Origin: Candidatus Bathyarchaeota archaeon
GTDB taxonomy: Archaea; Thermoproteota; Bathyarchaeia; 40CM-2-53-6
Length of the DNA stretch: 64,000 nt
NCBI GenBank assembly: GCA_963780265.1
Contig: CAWABQ010000033.1
Location: forward strand, 3,701-67,700
Reading direction: 5' to 3'
Of this stretch, positions 21,348 through 31,949 are shown in pieces (positions within the stretch are counted from its first letter, which is position 1; every line of letters begins with the position of its first letter). The notes under the pieces were generated by a model that was given only the letters and a program-made list of their open reading frames with translations, was not told where the DNA came from and made no database searches. The translations under genes and the position numbers were made by a program.

Positions 21348-22309
21348 TAAGAAAGTATGGCAAGGTAGACTACGATCCTGCCTCTGAGATAATTCTGAGC
21401 ACAGGGGCAACTGAAGCAATATTCAGCCTGCTCATGTCTCTAACCAACACAGGGGACGAAATAATCGTCACCGACCCCACCTACCTTGGATACCGGGAAA
21501 TGATTGAACTGGCCCAAGGCAAACCAAGATGGCTGCCAGTCAACGTTGAAGATGGGTACCAGCCTAATGCCGAAGCCCTCAAGAGAGCGGTCTCAAAGAA
21601 AACGAAGGCGATGATGGTTCTATCCCCAGACAATCCAACCGGAAGAATTCTAAATGAAGCCTTTGTGCGAGCCTTAGTGGATTTAGCGCAGGACTATGAT
21701 TTCTGGATAATCAGCGATGACATTTACAAGCACATAATCTACGATGGGGAACACACATGGATTAGCCGAATTCCCGGCGCGAAGGAGCACACTATAACAG
21801 TTTGCAGTTTCTCAAAAGAAGCCAGCATACCCGGTTTACGCGTAGGCTACACACTTGCTCCAAAGGAAATAATTGACTCGATGGAGAAAATGCAACAGTA
21901 CACCACACTAGCCCCTGATAGTCTGGCCCAATTCGCCTTAGTAAAATTCCTTAAAGAAAACATGAAGGAACCATACCTAAGGAACATAGTTCTCCCGTAC
22001 TACGTCAAGAAACGGGATTTCATGGGCAAAATGCTGAAAACACATCTCCCGCTGGCCAGAACAGTCACGCCCGCCGGCGCCTTCTACTACTTCGTCGACA
22101 TGCGCCCCTACCTTTCAAGGCTCAAACTAACCGAGGAAGAGTTTGCGGGGAAGTTACTGAAGGAGACAGGGGTTGCAGTAATACCAGGCCGGTTCTTCGG
22201 TGACAACGGACGCGGCCATATTCGCATGACGTTCGTCAGTGAATCTGAAGAACGAATTGAATTAGGCTTCAAAAAGATCGCAGAGTTCATTTCAAGAGGC
22301 GGACGCTAA
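21348..22309 (+). pseudogene. Class I/II PLP aminotransferase, 3' half
   Basis: YGKVDYDPASEIILSTGATEAI is in frame with ORF 21434; SPDNPTG, SDDIY, SFSK..PGLRVG. Confidence 0.92.
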
Positions 22310-23032
22310 ACGCGATACTTGTGCAAGAACAATTATGATGCTGCCCATTGAGAACTCCCATATTCTCACCTCACCGAACTGCTTCCTCAAGGATTGTACC
22401 AGTTCCCCGTTAGTTACGAGCAATTGGTAAGTCGGAATAATCATTCGCCATGGGTTACCGCGGATACGGTTAGACTTCGAGAATCGGGCGATTAAGGGCA
22501 GGAGACATTCAATGTATAGTGTGATGAATGTTCTTTTGAGAACCTTGTCGGGTTTTCCTAAGTCTACTATCGCGAAGGATCCGGATGGTCTCAAAACTCT
22601 GCGAAATTCGTCGATAGCCACGCTTCGGTCCCTAGCATCTCTGAAAGCATATGCGCTTACAACTCGACTGACAGCGCCGTCCCTAACCGGGACTGCTTCG
22701 AAGGCTGCACGAACGAGGTGAACTTGCCCGTTTTTTGATGACTTGAACCTTTCACGGGCAGCCCCCAAGAGCATCGTGGATGCGTCTAACCCCACAACCG
22801 TAAGGTCCTTAGCTCTGGAAAGTAGGACTTCGCTCATCGTTCCTGGGCCGATTCCCGCATCAAGAACGGTCATTCCTTCGCTGAGGGCAAGCTGATCTAC
22901 GGCGTATTCACGCGCTTTTAGGGCCCGACCGAGTGAAACTTTTTCGTTGACTTTATCGTATTCAGGTATTGAAGTCTCTATCGCGTGGATTACTGCCTTC
23001 CAAACATCATTCGTCAATAAAAAACGCTCCAC
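22292..23032 (-). CDS. SAM-dependent methyltransferase, UbiE/MenG-like
   Basis: YDKVNEKVSLG, VLDAGIGPG, VGLDAS, EFRRVLRPSG. Confidence 0.85.
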   Translation of the reverse strand: MERFLLTNDVWKAVIHAIETSIPEYDKVNEKVSLGRALKAREYAVDQLALSEGMTVLDAGIGPGTMSEVLLSRAKDLTVVGLDASTMLLGAARERFKSSKNGQVHLVRAAFEAVPVRDGAVSRVVSAYAFRDARDRSVAIDEFRRVLRPSGSFAIVDLGKPDKVLKRTFITLYIECLLPLIARFSKSNRIRGNPWRMIIPTYQLLVTNGELVQSLRKQFGEVRIWEFSMGSIIIVLAQVSRLASAS

Positions 23033-23050
23033 AGGCTTCGCTTTGAATCA

Positions 23051-23833
23051 TTAAGTGTTGAATCCGGTTTCTGATAGGTAGTCTTTGACGCCGTCCCAGC
23101 CCTTGTCGGTCTTGGCTTTTACAATGGCGAAGGCATCCTTTCCGCTAAGTGCGCGGGGTTCTTCCCCGGTAACTTCGCGAATCATGAATCGTGCTGCACT
23201 CAAAACTTCCCCGTTAAGGTCAGCTTCAGCAGAATCTCCGAGGTGGCATATCAAAGCCTCAAGGGTCATCGGGCCGATCGGCCCATACTGCCGGCCGTGA
23301 CTGGCGGCCACAACGTGCACGGCGTCAAGAGGAAATCCTCGCCGAATTAGCTCCGCGCTGGCTAGGGTGAGATGGTCGACTCGTTCGGCCAACGCAGAGG
23401 GGCGATACCTACCATCCTCAGTTCGCGAATAGGTCGCAGGTTTGAAGATGTCGTGAAGCAAAACTCCACAAATCACGAGGTCATTGTTCACCTTGCACCC
23501 GTAGATCGCTTTTGCCACGCGGGACAAGCTCATGCAGAGTTCGTACAGGGCCAACGTATGTTCGATAAAACCACCAGGATAATTGTGGTGATGCCTAATG
23601 CTTGCTGGAGATTTCTCAATCGGCAACCCAGAGTAAGTCTTGCCCCCGATCTTAACAGATGGGTTCTCAAGAAGGGCGGAGACTTTCCTGCGAAGTTCTC
23701 TATCCCTAATCCTGTTGACGAGCCTGACTAATCGTTTGTCCATTGGAACCAGCGTTTCACTTAGTGCCTTGGGAAATAAAGTTGGGCCATCCTGCGTTAA
23801 GGAATCGTGGATGGTGCCGCGGTCAGATTTCAT
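23051..23833 (-). CDS. HD-domain phosphohydrolase (YhaM-like)
   Basis: PASIRHHHNYPGGFIEHT, LLHDIFK, SHG, EALICHLGD. Confidence 0.85.
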   Translation of the reverse strand: MKSDRGTIHDSLTQDGPTLFPKALSETLVPMDKRLVRLVNRIRDRELRRKVSALLENPSVKIGGKTYSGLPIEKSPASIRHHHNYPGGFIEHTLALYELCMSLSRVAKAIYGCKVNNDLVICGVLLHDIFKPATYSRTEDGRYRPSALAERVDHLTLASAELIRRGFPLDAVHVVAASHGRQYGPIGPMTLEALICHLGDSAEADLNGEVLSAARFMIREVTGEEPRALSGKDAFAIVKAKTDKGWDGVKDYLSETGFNT

Positions 23834-23952
23834 GGGCTCCTTCCAATGGCGCTCACGCTAATGTTAGCGGTGATGATGTCTGTTGGTTGAAGCCTGTCAG
23901 GATCGACGGCGAGCGTAGTCTCTGCCAGTGTGGTTAAGGAGCTGGGACTTGA

Positions 23953-26532
23953 TCAGGAGCAGGCGCCCCAGCTGCATTCGGGGCAGATGTAGCAGCCTTC
24001 TTGGTACACGACTCGGCTTTGGCATTGAGGGCAGAGTTTGATTTGTTCACTGATGCCTTGAGAGGCCCCGACTAAGGGCACCGCCAAGAGTCTTGGCGCG
24101 GGCGGGGTCTGCTCTTCCTCTTTGCTATCCTCATCCTTGGTCGCTTCAGTGTTCTTGCGGGGCACAACTAGGACTTGGCCTTTGATCGACGTGTCCCGGT
24201 ACACGGTAACGTCCTTGCATCCCAGCTTGTAGGCGAGCAGGTATGATTCTCGCATGTCTTCGACCGTCGCATTAGCTGGGAAGTTGTTTGTCTTTGAAAT
24301 CGAGGAATCCGTCCACCTCTGAAAGGCTGCCAGAGCTCGGATGTGATCCTCCGGGCGTATGTCCATGGCGGTTATGTAGACTCGCTTCAAGTCTTCAGGG
24401 ATGTAACTGATTCTCTGGATTGAGCCGCCGTGGTCGTTCACATCTCTAAGCAGGTCATCGCCGAACAACCCTTCTTCAGTCATGACGCGTTCGAACACCG
24501 AGTCGATGTAGTAGAAGTTCCCAACCTTGACATGTTTCTCGTAAACGAGGGAGTAGACGGGTTCAATTCCGCTGCTGCATCCAGCGATCATCGAGATGCT
24601 ACCGGTGGGTGCGATTACTGTTGTGTACCCATTCCGGACGCCGTGCTGTTTGATCATTTCGGCTACCTTATCCCAATCGAAATGCCACAATTTTCGATTG
24701 GCGAACCCCGCGAAAGGCAGTTTTCCTTCAGGGTAGAAGCTCTTGTCGTAGTATGGTACGGGGCCTCGTTCTTTCGCGAGGTCTATTGATGCAAGCTTGG
24801 AGTGGTAGTTGATGAATTCCATGAGCTCCTCCATGAATTTGCGGCCTTCATCACTATTGTACGCTGAACGAAGTTCGAAGAGTAAGTCTGCCAGTCCCAT
24901 TACTCCCAGCCCTATCTTTCGGGTTGCAAGTGTCATTTCCTCGATTGCTTTGAGCGGGAAGTTATTTACGTCAATCACGTTGTCGAGGAATCTGGAACCT
25001 GTGTAGACTGCTTCCCTCAGCCCGTCCCAATCGTAGGTGATTTTTCCGTTATCGTCACGTTTCGCGAAGGGCCACACATTGATGCTGCCTAAATTGCAGG
25101 ATTCATTCGGATAAAGTAAGACTTCGCCGCAAGGATTTGTCGTGACAATTGGGCCGAGATGCTTGAAGAATGGGTTGTATTCGTTGACGTGGTCGAAGAA
25201 AATTACCCCTGGCTCAGCGCTCTCCCAGGCTTGGTAGACTATCATGTCGAACAATAGGCGTGGGTTAACTTCGCGGACAACCTGGCCGGTTCTGGGGTTG
25301 ACGAGTGCGTATGGTTTATTCTTGTTGTAGCATTCCCAGAAGTCGGGCATTAAGAGGACTGAGATGTTGAAGTTTCTCAGCGCCTTGTTCCCTTTCTTTG
25401 CCGTTATGAATTTCTCGACGTCGGGATGATTGCTGTTCAGTATGCCCATGTTCGCGCCGCGCCGGATTCCACCTTGCTTTATCACATCAGTCATAGTATC
25501 GAACAGCATCATGAAACTGATTGGGCCGGACGCTACACCTGAGGTTGAACTTACGTAATCTCCTTCGGGCCTCAGTTTCGAGAAGTTGTAACCCATGCCT
25601 CCGCCAGCCTTGAAGACCACTGCGGTTTGCTTCAACGTCTCCATGATACTTTCAATGGAATCGTCCACACCCAGAACGAAGCAGGCGGAGCCCATTCCAA
25701 GAACGTTTCCGAAATTGGCGATCGCTGGTGTGTTGGGCATGAACCTCCTAGAAACCATCAGCTCGTAGAATGCGCCGACGGCTTTCTCGTATTTGTTAAA
25801 GAGGCCTGTTTTGAGCATTTCAAAGAAGCGTGACCAGGATGTCTTCGCAGCTCCGTCGCTGTCGAAGCGATCGTACATTCGTTTCAATGCTTCGAGATGG
25901 TATTGATTAAGCGGGTACTTTCCAATGTTGACCTTCTCATGATACTCAATCGGGTCAAAGCTTTCTTTCGGATGTGCCTTCTGCTTTTTGTTAATGTCGT
26001 AGACCTCAGCGTCGTAGAAGAGGTCCGGTAGCGCTGCGTGGACTGCGATTCTCGTGAAGAGTTGTTTCGGTGTCTCTATTAGTTTACCCGCCTCGTCCTT
26101 CTTCAGATACCTAGCCTTGAGAACTCTGAGGGCGTTTAGGTCGAACACTTTGTCTACTTCATCGATCCCTTCTTTCTCGAGAATTCGTTGCTTCTCACGC
26201 CTAATCTCGGTCCTTTTCTGCCTGTAGATTATGTATGCCTTAGCGACCTTCGCTTGCCCATTTTCAACTAGCGCCCTTTCTACGACGTCTTGAACATCCT
26301 CGACGGCAGGAATCGCTTCTCCACCATATTTCTCATCTAGAATCTCAACTACACGAATCGATAGTGAGTCGGCGAGTGCGCGGTCTCTGCTGCCTGATGC
26401 GACTATGGCTTTGTAAATTGCGTTTGTAATTTTCTCTTTGTTGAACGGGAGGATGCGCCCGTCACGCTTTCTTATTTGTGTGATTTTTTTCGGAGTAACC
26501 CGATTTGTTGAAGCTTCAACGTGGGATACCAA
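23953..26532 (-). CDS. nrdJ: Class II (adenosylcobalamin-dependent) ribonucleotide reductase with ATP cone
   Basis: IRKRDGR ATP cone, FMPNTP, SACFV, RRGANMG, TNPCGE..SCNLGS, IAPTGSIS, C-terminal CxxC..CxxC..GACS. Confidence 0.95.
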   Translation of the reverse strand: MVSHVEASTNRVTPKKITQIRKRDGRILPFNKEKITNAIYKAIVASGSRDRALADSLSIRVVEILDEKYGGEAIPAVEDVQDVVERALVENGQAKVAKAYIIYRQKRTEIRREKQRILEKEGIDEVDKVFDLNALRVLKARYLKKDEAGKLIETPKQLFTRIAVHAALPDLFYDAEVYDINKKQKAHPKESFDPIEYHEKVNIGKYPLNQYHLEALKRMYDRFDSDGAAKTSWSRFFEMLKTGLFNKYEKAVGAFYELMVSRRFMPNTPAIANFGNVLGMGSACFVLGVDDSIESIMETLKQTAVVFKAGGGMGYNFSKLRPEGDYVSSTSGVASGPISFMMLFDTMTDVIKQGGIRRGANMGILNSNHPDVEKFITAKKGNKALRNFNISVLLMPDFWECYNKNKPYALVNPRTGQVVREVNPRLLFDMIVYQAWESAEPGVIFFDHVNEYNPFFKHLGPIVTTNPCGEVLLYPNESCNLGSINVWPFAKRDDNGKITYDWDGLREAVYTGSRFLDNVIDVNNFPLKAIEEMTLATRKIGLGVMGLADLLFELRSAYNSDEGRKFMEELMEFINYHSKLASIDLAKERGPVPYYDKSFYPEGKLPFAGFANRKLWHFDWDKVAEMIKQHGVRNGYTTVIAPTGSISMIAGCSSGIEPVYSLVYEKHVKVGNFYYIDSVFERVMTEEGLFGDDLLRDVNDHGGSIQRISYIPEDLKRVYITAMDIRPEDHIRALAAFQRWTDSSISKTNNFPANATVEDMRESYLLAYKLGCKDVTVYRDTSIKGQVLVVPRKNTEATKDEDSKEEEQTPPAPRLLAVPLVGASQGISEQIKLCPQCQSRVVYQEGCYICPECSWGACS

Positions 26533-26785
26533 TTTTGCTCTTGCCTCTTAGAAATTGGAAGCTCTTGCTAGTCTCCTCGAGGTACTTTAATAGTTTTCGA
26601 CAGAATTGTATAAAATATTGTACCAGCCGACTACGGAAATGCATTGCCATGCACAACGGCCTTTGGGAACTTCGACTGGAAAACGAGTAACACACCATCC
26701 TCGAAGTCGGTTGGTCGTTGAAAAGGCTTTTATCGATTGCGAGTCGCGCTGCGCCCGGCTGGTCGGCGAAATTATTCGCTGCGGA

Positions 26786-27434
26786 CTACTTCGGCTGGGA
26801 CGATGCGATCAATGGGTCGGGGATGCCGACCGCTTCGAACGCCTTTTGCCTTGTGCGGCAACCGCGGCATTTTCCGCATGGGACGAGTAAGTCCTCATAA
26901 CAACTCCAAGTCAGTTCAAGCGGAACCTTGAGCTTCAGCGCTAGCTTCAACACCTCAGTTTTGTCGTGGTCGATTAACGGGTTGACAATTCTCACTTCAG
27001 AACCCTCTCGACCGAACCTTGTCCCAGTACTGATCAACTCATTCATGAGTTGAATGAATTCAGGCCTGGCATCCGGAAGCTCTCTAGCATCATCGGCGTT
27101 TGAACCAAACACTATCTCATTGGCGCCAATGGTTTCGGCGTAAGCTGCGGCAACTCCATAGAAGACTATGTTTCGCAGGAACATACGCAGATGAGGTTTC
27201 CAGGGATAGCGTAGGATGGTAGCGAGTTTCAACGTCCTTGAAGAAGGGCAAGTAAACGGTCAAGTGTTCCTTCACGTGGGCAGCGGCTGCCAGTTTCTTC
27301 GACGCTTCCGCTTCGCTATCATAAGACTGCGTAAAGATCATGTTCAGGGAGTAAACATCGTCGGTCTCTACCTTGGTCAAGTAGAGCGCAGTCGCGGAAT
27401 CTACGCCTCCAGAAAGAAGGACTAACGCCCTCAC
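26786..27434 (-). CDS. queC: 7-cyano-7-deazaguanine synthase (frameshift near 27175)
   Basis: LLSGGVDS, AYVP(A)RN, PDARPEF, TWSCY..PCGKCRGC. Confidence 0.9.
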
Positions 27435-27591
27435 CAGAGGTTAACCCCAACCATGAATTACTTTCCGTAGCCTTGAATGTGCGTTTCAATATGTGGTGTA
27501 GTTTTCTGGGTACAACATGTTACTCGTCACGAATGGCGGTGGAGAAGAAGGCTTGAGGGAGGCTCCGCAGAATCACTGCGGATTCGCTGGC

Positions 27592-27781
27592 CTAGTGGGT
27601 TTTCATGAAAGCGTCGATGGATACCTTTCTACACTGGGGGCAGATCTTCAAGTGATAGCGATCGTTGGGAAGCGATTGGTGGCACCACTCACACCGTCTG
27701 ATCCTTGGGGTCTCCATCTCAGGGATTTCTTCGAACAGTAACTTTTCGAGGTCTTCGACCAATTTTATTTCCTCCTTTCAT
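27592..27781 (-). CDS. Small Zn-finger protein not in the ORF track (one frameshift)
   Basis: Manual translation MKEEEIKLVEDLEKLLFEEIPEMETPRIRRCEWCHQSLPNDRYHLKICP-(shift)-CRKVSIDAFMKTH; CxxC..CxxC. Confidence 0.5.
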
Positions 27782-27927
27782 TCTGGTGAATGTGCCTTGT
27801 TTGCGGTTGCAAGCGAGGCAAGCATGTAGTACTAGTTAACGGGTGTTAAAAGAATTAACAAGATTTATAAGAAACCTATGTAATCAATGTTAGCAGGATA
27901 TCAAATTAAGCACAGTAACTTTGTGAG

Positions 27928-28350
27928 ATGGCTATCATGGCAAACAATGCTGTCCTGATTCGCGGGTTGGATCGGGATATCTACAATGGCGTGATAGCTA
28001 AGGCTAAACAGCAAGGCAAGAACGTGGCCGAGCTCGTGAACGAGGCCCTACAGCAGTATATGAAGGAATCTCCATCGGAAAGCCACGATGTCTTTGACAC
28101 GAAGAAGCTAGTGATCGCCGGCTCCGTCCTCCTTTCCAAATCCGACATCCTAGGGCTGCACAAGGAGCTTGGGAACTTCCACCTCGAGAACAGTGGCGAA
28201 CTAACATTCGATAAGGACGTTGACCGGGAAGCCTTCCAGAAGATCGAGCATATCCACAACACGGGCAAGCTCCGTGTCCCCACAGACGTGCACCACTTCG
28301 TCCTTCTAAAGGCAGGGCAAATACGGAGAAGTCGAAAAGTACTAGGCTAG
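27928..28350 (+). CDS. Protein with N-terminal ribbon-helix-helix domain
   Basis: AVLIRGLDRDIYNGVIAKAKQQGKNVAELVNEALQQY follows an RHH pattern; AT-rich promoter upstream. Confidence 0.65.
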   Translation: MAIMANNAVLIRGLDRDIYNGVIAKAKQQGKNVAELVNEALQQYMKESPSESHDVFDTKKLVIAGSVLLSKSDILGLHKELGNFHLENSGELTFDKDVDREAFQKIEHIHNTGKLRVPTDVHHFVLLKAGQIRRSRKVLG

Positions 28351-28383
28351 GGCCCCAGAAATTGCCGGGTTTGTAGCCGTTTT

Positions 28384-28719
28384 TCACACAGTCTCGACGC
28401 CGAACTTTCCAGTCTCCCATAGCTCAATCTTGACGGTGGTCTTGAAGAAGTTCCTGAGCTGTTCTTGTAACTGCCTTGCCAATTTCTCGCACGACATGTT
28501 TCCAATGTCATGGTGATCGTACTTCTCATCGATGAACTGGTCCACCCGCTTCTTGATGTCCTCGAAGTCTAGCCATTCATCGCTCTTCCCGTAGACCTTC
28601 GCAAGAAGCTGGTAGTTGTGGCCGTGCAACCGGCCGCAACGTGGGTGGCCGGCTATAATGTGGGCTGAGGCGAACTCACGCCGGTAAAGACGTGCAATAT
28701 CTGGCTCCCCAGAAGACAC
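28384..28719 (-). CDS. queD: 6-carboxytetrahydropterin synthase
   Basis: FASAH, CGRLHGHNY, YDHH, SCE, LWET. Confidence 0.92.
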   Translation of the reverse strand: MSSGEPDIARLYRREFASAHIIAGHPRCGRLHGHNYQLLAKVYGKSDEWLDFEDIKKRVDQFIDEKYDHHDIGNMSCEKLARQLQEQLRNFFKTTVKIELWETGKFGVETV

Positions 28720-28721
28720 GC

Positions 28722-29288
28722 CTAGACCTCCCTGCGTAACATCTCGAAGAATTCGGTTCGCGATTCAAACTTCTCGAACTGGCCTCGGATTTCCGAGGTA
28801 ACGACGTCAGCGCCGCTCTTAACGCCCCTCATTTCCATGCACAAATGCCTAGCCTGGACAACTACTACAACGCCATGCGGGTGTAGATTCTCGTTGAGGG
28901 CGTCGGCAATCTGTTTTGTCATTCGCTCTTGGAGTTGAAGGCGCTTGCTGAAGCAATCAACTAACCTAACCAGCTTCGACAGGCCAACCACTGCCCTTGA
29001 AGGAATGTATCCAATGTGCACTTTCCCATGGAACGGCAACATATGATGCTCACACAGGCTGAAAAATCCAATATCCTTCACCACGACCATCCCACTGACC
29101 TCACTCCATTCTCTGGAAAGGATTTCCTTGGGATTCATCGAATACCCTTCTGTCAGCTCAGCGTACATTTCGGTGACGCGCCTCGGAGTGTCCTGAAGGC
29201 CTTCGCGCTTGGGGTCCTCACCGAGCTCTTCGAGAAGCGATTTCGTCAGTGCATGCATCCTATTCTTGTCCATAATACCGCAAACCAA
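28722..29288 (-). CDS. folE: GTP cyclohydrolase I
   Basis: REGLQDTPRRV, SLCEHHMLPF, GLSKL, RLQLQER, HLCMEMRG. Confidence 0.96.
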   Translation of the reverse strand: MVCGIMDKNRMHALTKSLLEELGEDPKREGLQDTPRRVTEMYAELTEGYSMNPKEILSREWSEVSGMVVVKDIGFFSLCEHHMLPFHGKVHIGYIPSRAVVGLSKLVRLVDCFSKRLQLQERMTKQIADALNENLHPHGVVVVVQARHLCMEMRGVKSGADVVTSEIRGQFEKFESRTEFFEMLRREV

Positions 29289-29348
29289 ACACTAATTTCA
29301 TTCTAGCCGGCGGGATGGGCTAGCGGAAATTCACAATTAAGTTTTCCT

Positions 29349-30005
29349 TTGAATAAGGGCTCAAAGAGAGTTATCGAGGCTTTGAATAACGGTGGGAAGC
29401 GTTCGCCCTGGAGAATGGGCATGAAACCACGCATACTTCCACGCGATTTCTACGTGCGCGATACTGTGAAGGTCGCAAGGGGTCTTCTTGGCAAACGTTT
29501 GGTTCGAGTGAAGGACAGGGTTAGAATGGAGGGAAGAATCGTAGAGGTTGAGGCTTATCGTGGTCTAGATGATCCAGCAAGCCACGCATTTCGCGGCCCA
29601 ACGCTAAGAAACGCCCCCATGTTCGGCGAAGCAGGTCACGCGTACGTCTACTTCACCTACGGGAATCACTACTGCCTCAACGTTACGACGCAGGAAGTTG
29701 GGACGCCAGGCGCGGTCTTGATTCGAGCAATAGAGCCGCTCGAAGGATTGCGTGCGATGAGGCGCCTGCGGCCGAAGGTTCCTGACTCAAACTTGACCAA
29801 TGGACCAGGAAAGTTGACGAAGGCGCTGGGCATAGACAAGTCACTCAATGTGGTCGATATGACAAAACGTGGTTTTCTCTTCATCGCAGAGTCTAATCAG
29901 GCTCAGTTCGATGAAGGTAAGTCGGCCCGTGTTGGAATAAGTCAGGGTACAGATCTTTTGTGGAGATTCTACATAACTGGAAACCGATACGTTTCGAAAC
30001 GTTAG
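29349..30005 (+). CDS. mpg: DNA-3-methyladenine glycosylase (AAG/MPG family); start probably about 29414-29421
   Basis: GRIVEVEAY..DPASH, YVYFTYGNHYCLNV, AVLIRA, NGPGKL, RVGIS, WRFY. Confidence 0.93.
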   Translation: MNKGSKRVIEALNNGGKRSPWRMGMKPRILPRDFYVRDTVKVARGLLGKRLVRVKDRVRMEGRIVEVEAYRGLDDPASHAFRGPTLRNAPMFGEAGHAYVYFTYGNHYCLNVTTQEVGTPGAVLIRAIEPLEGLRAMRRLRPKVPDSNLTNGPGKLTKALGIDKSLNVVDMTKRGFLFIAESNQAQFDEGKSARVGISQGTDLLWRFYITGNRYVSKR

Positions 30006-30243
30006 CTCTTGCGCAGGAATTCAGACCTGGACGGCGGTGTTCATCTCGTCAGGATTGTGCCCTAAACATGTACTTGATGATCGCTTGCTCGCCCCTCTGA
30101 GCGAAACCCACGTAGACGCCTTTGATGACTTCTGCTACGTCCCTGATTCTGTTTAGTGAAAACCGTCGCTATGCGTAAATGCTAGCGTCAATTTTGAGAC
30201 CTTTCAAACTTCGAGGCGGTTCGCCACGGCTATCGTACGCATA

Positions 30244-31190
30244 ATGGGACTCACAAAGAAGTACGGGTCGACGCTGGCAGTGGACCATCTGAACCTGGAA
30301 GTGCAGGAGGGCGAGATCCTCGGATTGCTCGGCCCCAATGGCGCTGGCAAGAGTTCAGCGCTCATGATGTTATCAACGATAATCAAACCGACCGAAGGCA
30401 CGGCGGAAGTCGGTGGGTTTGATGTCCGCAAGAACCCGTACGAAGCGCGAGAATTAATTGGAATCGCCTTTCAAGAAGCGAAGCTTCTCTGGATGAATAC
30501 GCCTTGGGAAATTTTGAACTGGCACGCAAAGGTGTGCGGCGTCAAGAATCCGAGGCAGGCGGCGGAGGCAATCCTCAAGGAACTCAACCTCTGGGACGCC
30601 AGAAAGAAACTCGCCCTTGAATTGTCCGGCGGAATGAAGAAACGAGTCGAAATCGCTAAGGTGCTCGTTCAGAGGCCCAAGGTCGCCATCGTGGATGAAC
30701 CTACAGCTCAAATCGACATCTCGGGCAAGTACCAGATATGGGAGAAGATTCGTTCTCTGCGAGATGAGGGTTCAACAATCATTCTCGCCACGAACGAGTT
30801 AAGCGAAGCAGACCGCCTTGCCGACCGAGTAGCGATAATGTGCCATGGCCGACTCAGGATCTGCGACACACCGCGAAACCTCAAAGACAGCATACCTGGT
30901 GGTGATGTTATCGACATCAGGTTTGAAACGCCTGTTGAAAATAGGGCAGTATCTGAGTTGAAGGGCATCGCCGGAATCGTCGACCTCGCGCTGTAAAACC
31001 AACCCACATGCGGATATATCTAAACCGAGCAGAGAAGATGCTGCCCAAGATAATGCAACTCTTATCGACCCTTCATGTCGGAATCAACTCGATCAATATG
31101 AAAGAACCATCCCTAGACGATGTTTTCTTCCATTACACCGGAACCATCCTAGACGAAACCCAAGCAACCCCTGGTGTGCCTTCGCCGTGA
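30244..31190 (+). CDS. ABC-2 exporter ATPase (DrrA-like; frameshift near 30990)
   Basis: GPNGAGKS, LSGGM, IVDEPT; C-terminal EPSLDDVF in ORF 31008-31190. Confidence 0.9.
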
Positions 31191-31933
31191 GTAAAATACT
31201 CCTCGTAATGGAGCGCGACCTGCAATCGCTGATTCGGCACAAGAGCATCCTGGTGATGCGCTGGTTTTTCGTAATCGTCCAAATTGGAATCTTTGGCCTT
31301 GCAGTGTCGCGGCTAATTGTCGTAATGCCGAACTACTACAATTATTATGCGATGGGCGTCATCGTTATGACAATGTATTCTGTCGCCATCTTTACGGGAT
31401 ACGAAATCTACGACGAAGCCGACGACGGCTTCGTGGAATACCTCCTAAGCCTACCAATAACTCGCCGTGAGCTAGTGCTCGGGCGCTCTCTTGCCGGCGG
31501 GCTTAGGAGCTTTATCTTCATGTCGCCGATTATTGCGATTTTTCTGCTTATCATCGGGGTTTTGGATCCCCTGAAAGTTTTGACCGCACTAGTAGCTCTT
31601 TACGGCTTTGCGTTCGGGGTTTCTGGTTTGAGCATCACTCTGGCCGTTGGGTTGAAGTCTGGAGATAGGTTCGACATCATAATGGGGGCGCTCGACGCAT
31701 TCATCGTTCGACTTAGTACGGCGCTGTACCCGCAGGCCTTCATGCCAGGACCTATAGCAACCTTGTCGATGTTCAACCCCCTTAGCTATGCCACAGATCT
31801 CTTCCGCTGGTCACTGAACTTCGACATCAGATTCCTAGCCAATCCGGCGGTGGCATTGATCGTTCTAGTAATCTTCCTTATGACATTCAATTTCGCCGGC
31901 GTGATGATTTACGAGCGGAATCTCGAGGGCTGA
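31187..31933 (+). CDS. ABC-2 permease
   Basis: 6 TM; LLSLPITR, LSTALYP, FNPLSYA. Confidence 0.9.
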   Translation: MSKILLVMERDLQSLIRHKSILVMRWFFVIVQIGIFGLAVSRLIVVMPNYYNYYAMGVIVMTMYSVAIFTGYEIYDEADDGFVEYLLSLPITRRELVLGRSLAGGLRSFIFMSPIIAIFLLIIGVLDPLKVLTALVALYGFAFGVSGLSITLAVGLKSGDRFDIIMGALDAFIVRLSTALYPQAFMPGPIATLSMFNPLSYATDLFRWSLNFDIRFLANPAVALIVLVIFLMTFNFAGVMIYERNLEG

Positions 31934-31949
31934 TCATGGAGATGATTCT

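Noticed and set aside
23953-26532. Intein in NrdJ
   Set aside because: No Cys/Ser start with His-Asn end motifs and no LAGLIDADG blocks; overall length is normal.
29302-29323. CTAGCC/GGCTAG hairpin upstream of folE as a preQ1 riboswitch
   Set aside because: Lacks the preQ1 aptamer loop consensus and A-rich tail; too short to support.
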